DNA of 64,000 nt from Octopus vulgaris (lineage: Eukaryota), in the NCBI GenBank assembly GCA_951406725.2, contig OX597837.1, positions 40,238,001-40,302,000 of the forward strand, read 5' to 3'. Each line of letters starts with the position of its first letter. Within the stretch, counting starts at the first letter, position 1. Positions 26,477 to 42,959 of the stretch are shown piece after piece. A program made the translations under genes and the position numbers. The notes below the pieces were generated by a model. It was not told the origin of the DNA, ran no database searches, and saw only the letters and a list, made by a program, of their open reading frames with translations.

Positions 26477-27594
26477 TTATCTATGTATATATTACCAATA
26501 TTTGCGTAACAATATAAGGCGGCGAGCTGGCAGAATCGTTGGAGCGTCAGGCAAAGCTGGTTTGCGGCATTTTGTCCTCCTTTACGTTCTAAGTTCAAAT
26601 TCCACCGCGGTTGACTTTTCCTTTCATTTGGGTACTGGTGTCTATGTAAGCGACTTCCCTCGTCCCCAAAATTGCGGGCATTGTGCCAAAATCTCACACT
26701 AGTATTTGTGTAACAGTATCCATGGCTTAGTAAGCGTGGAGAAATGCTTAGCGATATTTCGTTTGTCTTTACATTCAGAATTTAAATTCAGCCGAGATCG
26801 ACTTTGACACTCTTCCTTTCGGGGTCGATAAATAAAGTACCAGTTGCGTACTGAGGTCGATATAATCGACTTAATCCTTTTGTCTGTCCTTGTTTGTCCC
26901 CTCCATGTTTAGCCCATTGTGGGCAATAAAGAAATAAGATACCCAAATAAAAAATATGTGAAGCCCATTATTTATAAATTGTTTCCCCACCTCTTGTGTC
27001 TAGAGTAAAAAAAGAATATGCATGGCTTAGTGGTTCGAATATTGCATTCATGAATCTAAGACAGCGGTTTCGAATCTTGAACAAGGCGTTACGTAGTGTT
27101 CTTGAACAGAACGCTTCATTTCACATTCATGTCAAATCAGCCGGTAAAAATGAGTAATTCTGCGACGGACCGGGGTATTATGTACACCAGAAAATCAGGA
27201 GAACCAGCCTAATGAGCCTATGATCCATTTTTAATATGCATATATATATATAATTAGTGAACTCTCCTGTTGTATGAAGGCTCCGTAATTTTTTGATGAC
27301 CGATCTCCACGGTTGATTTTTTGTTAGTGATAAAATACTTGTACTATGCTCTAAATCATTACGTCCATCAAATCGATATTCCGTGTACAGATGCACGGTG
27401 GGACCCACGTCAGATGTTGACGTGATCGCAGACAAGATTGGGAATATTAGTCTTAGCTTACCTGAAGTCGTTTGCACCTATCCTATATATATATGAGGAA
27501 ACCAGTTCGCTTGAAGCTACTGTATTCAACAGCTGAAATCGCCAAGGATTTAACAGTTGAAGTCGTCGAAGCCGATGGAGGACCATTTCGTATG

Positions 27595-27662
<68 letters not shown>

Positions 27663-28539
27663 CATGTGTCTGTGTGTGCCTATTGTATATTATACGTATA
27701 TTTATACAGACACATATATTTATATATGTGTGTGTGTAGGTGTGTGTGTGTGCGTGTGTGTGTCTGTGTCTGTGTGCATAATTCATGAACGTATGTATTA
27801 GTTCCTACTCACCAAGAAATTAGATAAGAAATCAGGTAGGTCTTTGAAAATGTATCCAGATGGGACATTTCCACGCGATAAGTAAAAATGAAAAAAAAAA
27901 TTGTTGCGAAATATTTTCTGATGGAACTATTCATGTATTAAACATTCTTGGGACTTCTTTTCTAAACGAACTCACGGTACAGATATCTAAATTAAATTTG
28001 CTGCCTGTCTGTTGATAAAAAGCGAAAGCTAACCAAATAAATTTCTATACGTTACCGACAGGAATTATGCAACCGAGTCATACAGCGGAGAATAAACAAT
28101 GCGGTTTGCAGGAATGCAATAGCGAGCTTCAAACGTTCAGATGCTCTTTAGTATGGCATCAGATTAACGGCAGAGATTCTCTGCGATGATAGTCGGTTGA
28201 CGGTGCATTTCAACAGAGAATAGACAATTTCTAACCAAAGGATAAAAGCATGAATAGGTAAAAAAAAAAGAAAAAGAAAGAAACCCACAAAAAAATACAA
28301 TAGCTGTCAAAAAGAAATGAAACGAATATATAAATAAATATATAGAAATGAAGGGAAAATGGCGAGAGAGAGCGAGAGAGAGAAAGAGGGTCGAAGAGAA
28401 AGAGATAGAGCGATTGGAGACTTTCGATAGAAGTTTCCAGAAAGTTTACAGGTTATTTCTTTTCAATTTGTCCTCTGACACACTAAGGGGAATTTTCCAG
28501 TCAAATGGTTTTCCTATATATACATATATGTTTGTGTAT

Positions 28540-28601
<62 letters not shown>

Positions 28602-28841
28602 TGATAAATACACACACATATGTATATATATGTATGCATATATATTTATATATGTGTGTGTGTATATATAGACATATATATATATATACATATATATGCA
28701 TACATATATATACATACGTATATACATATGTATATTATATAATATATATATTTGTATGTATATCTGATATATATATATGTGTGTTTGTGTTTGTATGTGC
28801 CTGCATGGTAGAGTATACGTATATATTTATGTATATGTGTG

Positions 28842-28894
<53 letters not shown>

Positions 28895-29479
28895 TACACA
28901 AATATATTTGTATACTCTACCATGCGAGCACATACAAACACAAACACGCATGTGCGATTTTGCGTGTTTGTCTCTATGTGTATTATGCACAACACATCAC
29001 GTTGTAGTAGATTAGAGTAAACAGAAATAAATTGAAATAATATAAAGCCTTGCTGTGGCTACATTAACAATGTAAACGCAACTTTCTATTCTTCTGATGT
29101 GCAGAAAAAAAGACCAGGAATCTTCTGATGGACCATTTTATCGTTTGTTACTCGTTTATGTATATATATATATATTTATGTATGTGTGTGTATATGTTTG
29201 TGTGTGTCTGTGTTTATCCCCCTACCATCGCTTGACAACCGGTGCTGGTACGTTTACGAGCCCGTAACTTAGCGGTTGGACAATAGATACTGATAGAATA
29301 ACTACTAGGCTTACAAAGGATAAGTCATCGGGTCGATTTACTCGACAAAACATGGTGCTCCAGCAAGCTGCAGTCAAATGACCGAAGCAAATAAAACAAT
29401 AAACGAATAGAAGAATATATATACATACATGCATATATATATATGTATATATATGTGTATATATATGTATATATGTATA

Positions 29480-29529
<50 letters not shown>

Positions 29530-29564
29530 TATATACATATATATATGTATGTATGTGTATATAT

Positions 29565-29876
29565 ATCACCGTGATCACCGTGACTGACCAGGTTATCAGA
29601 TGTTGCTACACATCGCTGGTCACAATGCGCTTTCGCATTGTTTTAGTCTTCAAATGACGCCACCCCGCTGGCTAAGCGAGCAGGCCAACAGAAGAAAGAG
29701 TGAGAGAAAGTTGCGGCGAAAGAGTACAGCAGGGATCGCCACCACCCCCTGCCGGAGCCTCGTGGAGCTTTAGGTGTTTTCGCTCAATAAATACTCACAA
29801 CGCCAGGTCTGGGAATCGAAACCGCGATCCTACGACCGCGAGTCCACTGCCCTAACCACTAGGCCATTCCGCCTCC
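29565..29876 (-). mobile_element. SINE family A, full length
   Basis: Reverse complement of 26184-26476. Confidence 0.9.
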
Positions 29877-29887
29877 ACACACACACA

Positions 29888-29963
<76 letters not shown>

Positions 29964-29964
29964 T

Positions 29965-30018
<54 letters not shown>

Positions 30019-31545
30019 TTACATGTATGCATGTGTGTACGTTTATTTGGTGTTTGTTCCTCAGCTCCACTTGACTATCGGCGTCGGTTTGTTTATGTCC
30101 CGTCACTTAACGATTCGGCAAAAAAATTCTTAGAATAAGTGCCGGATTAAAAAGTGCTGTGGACGATTTTTCGACTTAATTCTTCAAGAAGATGCCACAG
30201 TAGAGCAGCCACGATAAGCACATGAAAAAGCCTCACTGTGAATGAAATAAGAATGTAAAGACAGTCCTCATACTTCGTTCTGCGTGAAAGAGAATGGAGC
30301 AATTCCTGACTCGATCGTAAGGTCGTGACCACTCTCTAGTGACCACTACCTAGCAAAGTCTTAGTGTGTGTCCTACCGTAATACGATAGATTTACATTGT
30401 GTTTTAATCAGAGGTTCCAAGAAAAAAGAACCTAAGACATCGACACACGATCTTTTAGAAAAATCGATGAACCTACTTTAAACTTTACCATACGTTCTTT
30501 AGGAAAGTAGTAAGATATCGAATAATGTTACTTCATATGTAATATATCTGAAAAGAGAAAAAGCAAGAACAGAAAGAGAACGAGAATGGGATGTTCCTGG
30601 ACAGAAATGTTTTGATAATAGAATAGGTTTTCTTATTCGTAACTGACCTAGGGCTAAACAATATATTAGCTGGCTTGGCGGGAAGACTGGCATAAGGTAT
30701 TGAATACGTTTTTTTTTTATCTATTAACTTGCTTGGATGAAGAAAATTATGAATATAGCATCTTTATTTTCATATATAATACAAGAATAGCTATTTGTCT
30801 AGTTTCTGATACACTTCTTGTAAATGTGCGGTGATACATAAAATGCATCAATGGTTACCATTTTCTCTTTTCCTGTGGCGGTTTTTGTACGCTTCTCTGT
30901 TTCTTTCATGAAAATAATACAGTAGATTTTCTTCGACTTCTCAGTGTGGTATAGCCAACTGTGTTTGTGTGTATACGTGTATTTACACACACACATACAG
31001 ATACACATGCATATATATACATGCTTACATTGCTCGCATCATAGCATAAAAATGAATTGAAATAAATTTTAATATCAGTAAGCCTTGGCGGTGAGTTGGC
31101 AGAATTGTTTGCACGCTGGGCGAAATGCTTAACTGAATTTCGCCCGGCGCTACATTCTGTGTTCAAGTTCCACCGAGGTCGACTTTGAATTTCATTCTTA
31201 CGGAATCGATAAAATAAGTACCAGTTGACGACTAGGGACTATTTAACAGATTTACTCACCTCAAAACTGCTGGTTTTGTGCCAAAATTTGAAATGAATAT
31301 TACAGTGTTAAGGTGGCAAGCTGGCGGAATCGTTAACGTACCAGACAAAAACGCTTAGCGGCATTTCGTCCGTCTTTGCGTTCTGAGTTCGAATTTCGCC
31401 GACATGCATATCACCTTTCATCTTTTGGGGTCCATAAAGTAAGTAGCAGTTGAGCCCTGTGGTTGATGTAATCGACTTAACCACTCCCTCAAAATTGCTA
31501 TCCCTGAACCAAAATTTGGAGCCATTATTATTATTATTATTATTA

Positions 31546-31600
<55 letters not shown>

Positions 31601-32289
31601 GAAAGCGATGAGCTGGCAGAATTGTTATTACGTCGAACAAAATGTCGCCAAACATTTTATCTATCTTTTCCTTCTGAGTTTAAATTCTGCCGAGGTCGAC
31701 TTTACTTTTCAGCTTTTCTCAACCGATAAAATATGTACCAGTTGTGTACTGAGGGAGATGTAATTGACTTACCTATTACTCCCAAAATTTCAGCTTTTGC
31801 TTACTACAAAAGTAATCAATGTTACTCTATGGAATATTAAGATCGTAACGCAGGGTTTCTAAAATGGAGTATTTATGTTTTGTACAAAAGAAAAATATTA
31901 TTGATCACCATTGTTATGTGGATGTTAATGAAGTCATAATGAGGGCGCCTGGCGTCTGGCAAGTGGAATTTAAAAAAATATTTTCTTTTTATTTTCGTTG
32001 TAAGTTGATTTTGAAGTATTGATCGCTATCATTTGGGACTAGGTTGAGTTGATTTAATGACATTACGGCCGAGATATTAATTATTAATTTACTTAAAACG
32101 ATATTTTTCTTTTTCAAGCACTGATTATGATTCACGGTTCAGTTGACAATTAGCAGAGAAAAATTAGGTCGTTACACGAGTGAGTAGCAACACGTGGACA
32201 TACAGACATATTCTTACCAGTGGGTTTAGTCTTCGTCTTGTGTTTTTGCGCATGCCCGGCATATCTTCTCATTATTCCTCAAAAAGCGA

Positions 32290-32422
32290 TCAATGATGAA
32301 CAACCCGTGGCTTGCGGGAATTTCTGGAGGGAACGCTTAACGAAAATTATATTAGTGCGGCCCGCTTGGTGATGAGCCTTGTTGCACGCGGCCCATTTTT
32401 CGAAAATTGTTGCCCGTGCCTG
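32290..32422. mobile_element. hAT (Charlie-like) MITE terminus
   Basis: Two GCGGCCC motifs and the end ttgcccgtgcctg (reverse complement CAGGCACGGGCAA). Confidence 0.5.
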
Positions 32423-32766
32423 AATCAGGACATGTGGTATATATCACATGGCTATGGCACTCTGTCGCTTACCACGACGAGGGTTTCAGTTGATTCGATG
32501 ACCGAAATCCTGCTTATGACATGAACGTGCAAGGAGGTGAGCACTCCAAAGACACGCGTGCCCTTAACGCAGTTCTCAGGGAGATTCAGCGGGGCACAGA
32601 ATGTAACAAGGCTGGTCCTTTGAGATACAGGTACAACCATTTTTTTTTCACTGGAGCAACATGAAATAAAATGTCTTGCTCAAGGACAACACATCGCCGG
32701 GAATTGAACTCACGGCCTTACGATCGGTTCGACTGAAACCATAGCCGTTGTAACCCAGGGAGTGGC

Positions 32767-32901
<135 letters not shown>

Positions 32902-32914
32902 TATATATATATAC

Positions 32915-33037
<123 letters not shown>

Positions 33038-33605
33038 GACAGGCTTCTTTCAGTTTCTTTCTACTAAATCCACTTAGAGGGCTTTGATCGACCCCAGTTT
33101 ATAGTAGAAGATACTTACCCAAAGTACCACGCAGTGGGACTGATTCCGGACACGTGGTTGGGGAGGAAAGCTCTTACCCACGCAGACAAACCTGCCACCC
33201 ACTTATTTCATATCTATTTTAAGATACGTTTATTCATCCGCGTAAATATTTCCTTCTTCGTGAATATTTATGTGTGCATCTAATTTTAACCGTTGCACCA
33301 TCAGTAGGATTCCTCGGCAGCTTTTTATGTGTTGCTTCCAAGAATACTCAAGATACTTGCGTGGAACTTCTATGAAGGTCATGCCTCGTGTTGTTATTCT
33401 GAATTATTAATTAGCATTCGATAGTTAGTATCAAAACTGTTCCATTATATTGATTGGCGTATATTGATTTCTTATTTATATCAAACAACGTGCTTCAGAC
33501 GAATGAATCAACAACGTTTCGCCTGCGTGGTACATATTTCATTACGCAGAAGATACCAGACAGAATCGAGCTTAGCAAGATTTTAACATAAAACTCTGCA
33601 GCGAA

Positions 33606-34362
33606 GACTTTGCCTTTCATCATTTCGGGGTCGATAAATTAAGTACCAGTTACGCACTGGGGTCGATATAATCGACTTAATCCGTTTGTCTACCCTTGTT
33701 TGTCCTCTCTGTGTTTAGCCCCTTGCGGGTAGTAAAGAAATAGGTATTTCGTCTGTCATTACGTTCTGAGTTCAAATTCCGCCGAGGTCGACTTTGCCTT
33801 TCATCCTTTCGGGGTCGATAAATTAAGTACCAGTTACGCACTGGGGTCGATGTAATAGACTTAATCCTTTTGTCTGTCTTTGTTTGGCCCCTCTTTGTTT
33901 AGTACCCTGTGGGCAATAAAGAAATACGAAACGTTAGCAACCTGGGCGAAATGCTTAGCGGTATTTTGTCTGTCGTTACGTTCTGAGTTCAAATTCCGCC
34001 GAGGTCGACTTTGCCTTTCATCCTTTCGGGGTCGATAAATTAAGTACCAGTTACGCACTGAGGTCGATGTAATAGACTTAATCCTTTTGTCTGTCTTTGT
34101 TTGTCCCCTCTATGTTTAGCCCCTTGTGGGTAATAAAGAAATAAAAAACGTTAGCACACTGGGCGAAATGCTTAGCGGTATTTCGTCTGCCGTTACGTTC
34201 TGAGTTCAAATTCCGCTGGGTTCGACTTTGCCTTTCATCCTTTCGGGTTCGATAAATTAAGTACCAGTTACGCACTGGGGTTGATGTAATCGACTTAATC
34301 CGTTTTTCTGTCCTTGTTTATCCCCTCTATGTTTAGCTCCTTGTGGGCAATAAAGAAATAAG
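33606..34362 (+). mobile_element. SINE family B tandem array (periods 184, 217, 217)
   Basis: gactttgcctttc at 33606, 33790, 34007 and 34224. Confidence 0.9.
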
Positions 34363-36115
34363 AAACAGCTGTAAGTCAAAGATACCCAAATAAAAAATAT
34401 ATATGTGAAGCCCATTATTTATAAATTTTCATGTATATCACTCTGAGAAAAATATTAGCTTAATTGAGGAATGCAACTATAGATTAACAAAATCGACCGG
34501 TATTGGATTTCGACTTCGGATTTTGCCTTAGTATTACCTGATGTTGTATACCAGTCTGAAAATATTTTGTTAGTCCGATGTATTTGTATTAACAGAGAGC
34601 CTCTGACGTATTTTGCTCGGATTAATAATCCCTTATTAATAATTCTTTATATGCATATTTCTGTGTGTATATGCATGTGCGTGAGTGTGTGTATGTGCAT
34701 AAGGGTGCAAGTAAGAGAAAGGAATTGAGCAAATACTGTTTATTACATAATATTATAATTGTTTCATCTCTATTTACCTAGACGATTGTTGCCGAAATAT
34801 TATCATATAATACAATATATTACATACATCAAACGATGCATCGTATTGTACAACGATACAATGTATTCCATGATATATGTAATTCATTATAATATATTAC
34901 ATAATATTTCGGTAATAATTTTCTGATAAACGGAAGATGAAACAATTATATAAGTTATATGCAATAAACAGTAATTTCGCAAACCTTGCTCTCTTGCATA
35001 CACTTTTGTATAAAATCGACGGATATTCGTGGATTTTCAGACGCGTCTTCAGCGAGACGATCTCGATGTGTGCGTGTGTTCCTTTTGCATTCCAAAACTG
35101 AGTTGCTGATTTTGGCGTATGGGGTACCAAAAGATTCAGTAAGGTTTTGGTTACCAACTAAATTATATTATCATTCGCATATTTGCATTACAAAAATTTA
35201 GCTTAATCTTTTTTCATTTAGTCACCTATCGTAAATGACATCTTTTACCACCACTACCACCACCACAACGGCGATGACGTCACATTTTTATATGAATGTG
35301 TTCGCGCGTTTGTTATGTACGTAAAGCCGATGATTGACAAGTATATGTGTGTGATGGTGTCTAAGTCTCAGTATACATACAATTTTCTGACGACTGACAC
35401 ACACATCTAAAGATACAGACAGACACACACAGGTACAGAGATAGGTTTGAGGTGTGCGTTAATGTATTTCTGTGTGTGTATGTGTGTCTTAGTATATGTA
35501 TGTGACTTTACCCCCGCCCTACCCTACCCTACCCAACATCGAAACATTGAAAGTTCTAACGATCAGGTTTCATTAGAAAGTAAAAATAGTTTCACACTTT
35601 CAATTTCAGCTGAAATTACAAAGTCTTGGTTTATGAGACTGACGATGTGTGCATAATGAAACTAATGTTTCTCCGAATTAGTCACATCTGTATTATAATA
35701 AAGTGCTGCGGCGTTGGCCGCTGCTTATTCTCTATCTACCAAATTATCTGTTTTTCATTCAACAACTCTTTTTTACATCTAAAATAACTTCGGCAACCAT
35801 GTTGTGTGCAAAAATTTGAGGTCATTTTCAGACAATATTTTGATTTGCTTCTAATATATTACTTTCATGCGATGTTTCACGCATGCGTAGAATTCTTCTC
35901 AGACAAACATTCATGAAAATGTACACAATATTGTGTTAGAATAAGCCATAACCAAAAAAATAAATTAATAAACACTGCATTAAAAGATATCCATTTCTCT
36001 ATAAGTTATGAGCAAATAGTCACACCCTCTGTCTCGGTCTGTCTGTCTGTCTCTGTCTGTCTCTCTCTCTCTTTCTCTCTTTCCCTCTCAAGCACAAAAA
36101 AGATGTATAGTTATG

Positions 36116-36200
36116 GGTGACGGTTAAGATTACGCACACCCGGAATTTAGAGTTAGGGTTACACCAAAAACAGGCGGTGTACGTATTCTTTACCTCCGCC
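36116..36200. mobile_element. Tiny hairpin MITE with internal TTAGGG-like repeat
   Basis: GGTGACGGTTAAGATTACGCACACC vs reverse complement GGCGGAGGTAAAGAATACGTACACC; the spacer contains ttagagttagggtta. Confidence 0.55.
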
Positions 36201-36314
36201 TACTTACGTACGTGTACATGAAAGATGTGTGTGAGTGAGAGAGAGAGAGAGAGCGAGAAAGTTCCACTTACACACAAATGCAAAAAAATTCATACATCAC
36301 AACACACACGCGCG

Positions 36315-36387
<73 letters not shown>

Positions 36388-36618
36388 AGTGTTGGCTAAA
36401 AATCACCAGACACTAAATGAAAACCATTTAATTCCAAGATTTATGTATGTTTAAGAACTGAAGGAATTTTATAAAAGCATCTAAATATGAAACAGGAAAA
36501 TTGTCCACACTGAAGTTCTTCTTGAGCGACACATTTTTCCATTCGCGTCAATACAGAATTGCAAAAAGTATTTATGCAATTTTGATTTACTCACAGGTGA
36601 CTTTTGGCCAACCCTCTA

Positions 36619-36708
<90 letters not shown>

Positions 36709-38199
36709 CACACACACACACATATTTTATATATATATGCATATATATATATACATATATATATTTGTGATATGTTTAATCCTTTCTACTATAGGCATAA
36801 GGTCTGAAATTTAGGGGGAGTAAACAGTCGATTAGATCGACCCCATTGCGTAACTGGTACTTAATTTATCGACGCCGAAAGGATGAAAGGCAAAGTCGAC
36901 ATCAGCGGAATTTGAACTCAGAACGTACAGGCGAAATACCCCTAAGAATTTTGTCAGGCGCAGTAAATGGCGTAGGATTATGCAAGTGATCTGGATAAAA
37001 TCGGTTGGTGAGTTTCTAGTATAAACAAGGCTTGTATAGAAAATACAAATGGTTCGATAATTGATCAATAAGCTTTATTAATCAGTTCATCAAATACAGT
37101 CTGTTCCAATAGGATGGCATATGTTATACAACGCCAGTTCGAAAACGCAAACAAATATGGCTTTTTATACGAAAATCACGTGTGTAAACAAAAAGAAAGC
37201 ACGAAATAGTCGTATACATACATACAGGCACGTAAATTTTGAACAATGAAAAACGAGTGTTCAACGCTGGATTGGTGGATATGTTTTTCTTTATTTGTGG
37301 ATGAAGGCTATCATTGGTTTCATGTTAAGAAATGTAGGAAAATATCCTAGTTTCTTTATAAGTTTTCAAGCCGATCAAATGGAGAAAGGTGTTCACCTCC
37401 TTTTGGAAAACACACGTATGAAAGATGAAATGCTTCCTTCTCCAGCCATGCCAGGTTCTTAAGGGCCTGCTTCCCGGTTCCAGTGGCGTAAATATTCCCC
37501 TCCTGGGATTAATAAGGATGCTGGTGTAACCATGAATTGAGGTCTCGGTGATTTGATGATTTAGCTTTCTTTTTTTATATTAATTTGCGAATAGCATATA
37601 TTTTAATGCAGGCATGTACGCATAATGACTTACATATTGAGATTCATACTTTACGATCAAAGGTTGCGAAACAGCTGTAATCCAAAGGAAGTCATCGTGA
37701 GGTTACACCAGACCACTCAGCTGGCAAAATGAGTAATCCTGCCACGGACCGGCGTCCCCTCCATGTGGGGAATATTTACGCTAGTGAAACCGGGAAACAG
37801 GCCCTTAAGAACCTGGCATGGTTCGAGAAGGAAAAATATTTCTTCTTCCTTCTTCTAACAAAGAATAAGCCCTGAGGTCGATTTCTTCGATTAAAACCCA
37901 TGAAGGTGGTGCTCTAGTATGGCCGCAATCAAATGACTGAAACCAGTAAAAGAATAGAAGAATAAAAGACTATATTCCCATAAGGCACCGCCAGACTCAA
38001 AAATCATGACAGGAAACACACGCGACGAGACTCTGATACCATCTTTTGTGAATATTATTTGTTAAATTCTATAAGATATCCTTTTTTTTTCTTTCTTTTT
38101 GTTTTACTTTTCTCTTGCTGCGTTCTATGTGAATACGGAAACCAAACATTCACTTAGCGTTTCATCTTGAACAACTAAACGCCATGAAACACATCATCA

Positions 38200-38643
<444 letters not shown>

Positions 38644-39935
38644 TACGGCTTCTTTTTCTTTCAAACCAACAATGAAAATTTCTAAATGAATAGAAAAGCT
38701 ACTAGCAACGAAGACTTATAAATTTTCAGGAATAAAATTTATCTTTTTTTTTTTCCAAGCATTGTTGAGGTTTTCTGCTTTAAGTTTTGTATCAATACAA
38801 ATATGAAAGCCAGTCTGATACTTTCCAATATTTTGATGTAGAAACATTAAAACTTCACCTCAGAGTAATTTATTAACAAAGAAGAAGTATATCTCGTTGG
38901 GCTTGCTGTTGTTTCTGCTGTTGTTGTTGTTGTTGTTAAGCAACAAGACGGGTAAGGGTGATTAGGTGATGGTCTAGGGCTTAGGGGTGGGAGACCCCAG
39001 ACCTTGGAAGAAAAAAGAAACTTTGGTCGTCTTGTTGTAGTCAAGGGCTCTTCGTTGACGCCCGACACTACTGGGAGGTGGCCCTCGAAGTCGCTGGAAA
39101 TGGAAATACCGGGTCCAAATTCTTGAACGGCTGTGGTAGATGGTTGTTGTTGTTGTTGTTGATGATGATGATGTTGATGTTGTTTAACCCTCGGAAAAAC
39201 TTGTTAAATTTATCCGAAGTGTGACCATTCCATTTTTGTTTTAAAGGAATAATATATATTTAAAAAGTCTTCTTTCGTTTTCATGTCAGAAGGAAGTGAA
39301 TTAAACTAAGTACGACTGCTATTTCTAGCAAAGTGAGTAACAATATAGATATTCCGTTATCGTGCCAATTCAGCTTCTAGTAGTGAAGTCGGGTGTTGAG
39401 TATTATAAAAGTTGGCACGATTTAGTTGCTATCTCTAGCAAAATCTTATATCTATTTATCAAAATCACGATTTGACGAGCTGCTGAGTTAGAGGGTGTGA
39501 AGGAACGTAACTTAAACAACACCTATATTTTCGACCGGTGTCAACATAAAACCTGACACAGATAGAGGCACACAATCACACACACACACACACATCTATG
39601 AATACATATATCATAGTATCACAGTATTGACCAGACCACCAGATGCTTTTACACATCGCTGTAACAGAAATAAGGAGGGATGAGAGAAAATGACAGGGAC
39701 ACAGTGAAGTGAAAGGAGGAGAGAAAGTGAGTAAGAAGAGAAGGCAACGAAATGTGAAAGAGGGAGAACGAAAGAACGAAGAGTGGAATGAACGACAGAC
39801 CTTAACACCTGTTGGCCTATGGTCTCTTGTTAGAGAGGTCACTTGCTACATAGGGCAGGCCAACGAGTTTTAGGGTCTGGGGAAACGTTTTGGAGCTAAA
39901 CGCTTTATGGACGGGAGAGCAAGATAGATAGGCCA

Positions 39936-39990
<55 letters not shown>

Positions 39991-39991
39991 T

Positions 39992-40054
<63 letters not shown>

Positions 40055-40354
40055 CTCTGTCTATCTGTCTATATATCTATGTAAATATTTATCTATCTAT
40101 CTGTCTATCTATGTATCGATCGATCGATCTATCAATATATATATATATATCCTCCCCACCACTACAAACTAAATACCACTATAAAATGGTCAAAACTTTT
40201 CACACAGGAACTTAGTTTGATTTGAAAACCCCACTAGAATGGGAGAAAGCGCTAATACATGATCTAAGTTATATGATGTATAAAAACATGTAATATACAA
40301 ATAAACATCTGTAAATATAAACCATCCGATTTTCTGAGTACCTCATTTCTTCTA

Positions 40355-40414
<60 letters not shown>

Positions 40415-40701
40415 GAAGGGGCAGGTGGAAGTACACTGCAATTATTGGATAATATTAATGCAATAATATGTTTACTATGAGAAACACTCGGGATATTCCA
40501 GCTGATACAAATGCACAGAGACAACATATTTTGGATTAAACCATATTCATTAATCTTGTATTATAAATTTTAGTATGAATTCTGTGGATATTAAAGGATT
40601 TCCACATGAATGCCACCTAAAAGAAGAATTTCTGTTATATGATAGCGTATAGTATCTCACACCGGAGGAGATGGTCCTGAAAATAAGCTGTTAGATGACA
40701 T

Positions 40702-40768
<67 letters not shown>

Positions 40769-41305
40769 CACGTGATCACGTGACCGACCAGACCATCAGA
40801 TATTGTTACACATCGCTGGTCACAATGCGTTCGCATTGTTTTAGCCTTCGAATGACGCCACACATATACACACATATATATGTATACATACATACATATA
40901 CATATATATAATATATATATTATATATATAAATAATACATATAGTTATAAGTATATACATATATATATACATACATATATATAAATATAATATATATACT
41001 ATATATATTATATGTATATATTAAAAATAATAATAACATAATTATAAATATATATATAAGGACAATATAATACTGTATATATATACATACATATATAGTA
41101 TAATAATATACATCAAATGATTATATATGATAATAATATATATATATATATATATATATAGTATAATATGATGTATAATATGATTATATATATATGTAAT
41201 AATAATAATAATTATACACACACACACGCATATATGTGTGTGCCTTTCTGTGACTGGGTGTGTGATATGTGTTTGCACACACCAATACATAAATACACAC
41301 ACAAA

Positions 41306-41349
<44 letters not shown>

Positions 41350-41837
41350 CACACATACAGTAAAAATAAAAAAAGATTTAGTCTGTCTGAAACAGAGTTA
41401 TAAAGATTATATTCATGCTGTTATACGTGTCTATATGATTAACAATCGTAAATATCTAAGTAAAACAGTTCTGAATTTAATTAATTCGCATCTTGATAAA
41501 TCCTATACCCCACTCGTCCACCACCTCCCACCCCATCCCTAGAAAAAAAGTGGGAAGCAAATAAAAATTAATAATATTCAGAAATTGAATATTAAACTAT
41601 CCTGATATCAGAAATATATAGAAATAAATATTAACATATTATACCAGACATTATGTTCTCCTTAAAGAAAAATTAACGATCATGATAACAATTTTTTTTT
41701 TACCTGAAGAGCTAATCCGTAATTATAAGAACGTATCTGAGAAGACAAAAATATTATTAATAATAATGATAAAAAAAAAAATTTTTTAAATAATAATAAT
41801 AATGATAATGATAATAATAATGATGATGATGATGATG

Positions 41838-41877
<40 letters not shown>

Positions 41878-41906
41878 TAATAATAATGATAATAATGATA
41901 ATAATA

Positions 41907-41937
<31 letters not shown>

Positions 41938-42047
41938 TAATAATGATAATAATGATAATAATAATAATGATAATAATAATAACAATAATAATAATAATAA
42001 TAATAATAATGATAATAATAATAATAATGATAATAATGATAATAATA

Positions 42048-42095
<48 letters not shown>

Positions 42096-42959
42096 GTAAT
42101 AATTATAATGGAAGCGTAAGCCGTGATGAAATGATAACAGTAAAAATATAGATGATTGTTGTGCAATGTTCTGAAAAGATACAATCAGACATTTTGAAGC
42201 CTAAAGTTACTTAACACGTGACTGGCGAATTATCTGTTGTAACAGAAGCCATTTTGTAGTAGCTGTTTCATCGCTGTCGTTGTAGTATAATGTGTATTGT
42301 AACTCTGTTTGCCGAATATATATACTTTAAAGCACACATATCCTACAATGCTTATTATAGCCGTTGTATAATGATAGAATTTACATACGCTGTTCACTCC
42401 AATGGGAGGGAATTCGGGGAATTCGGTAACGTAACTTCACTGAAGCCGGCAGAAATCCTCAATTTACGCATGTGCAGAAAACATAACCATTAACATCGCG
42501 CGTCGTCTAGGGAGCCGCTTTGTGATTACTTGAATAGCTAGAAATAGCAGCCAAATCTCCTGAAAAAAATAACACTTTATCGTTATGTAACGATTTTAAA
42601 CCTAGGAAATTATCTTAATTCATACATATTGAGACGCAGGTATGGCTCTGTAGTAAGAAGCTTATTTCACTTCCACATGGTTCCGGGTTCAATCCCACTC
42701 CATGGAACTTTAGTCAAGTTTTTTCTACTATAGCCTCGGGCCGATCAAATCCTTGTGAGTGGATTTGATAGACGGAAACCGAAAGAAGCCTGTCGTGTGT
42801 GTGTACATATATATATATATATGTCTGTGGGTGTGTCCGTGTACCTGTTGCCCCACCATCACTACTTGACAACCAGTGTTGGTGTGTTTACGCCCCCGTA
42901 ACGTAGCATTTTTCTGAAAGTGCTGGGAATAATATCCAAGGACCAGATTTTCATGCCCC

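Noticed and set aside
27178-27590. 99-aa minus-strand ORF in unique sequence with a CAG|GTAAG donor
   Set aside because: No recognisable domain and no convincing acceptor-donor pair.
33510-33565. Minus-strand hairpin CTGCGT/ACGCAG before GAAACGTT (similar cases near 17374, 20451, 35047, 37668, 43317, 56327)
   Set aside because: No recognisable CUGANGA, or no valid stem I or cleavage triplet; indistinguishable from chance.
33606-34362. Tandem units as a CRISPR array
   Set aside because: Units are 184-217 bp with no unique spacers, in a eukaryotic context with no cas genes.
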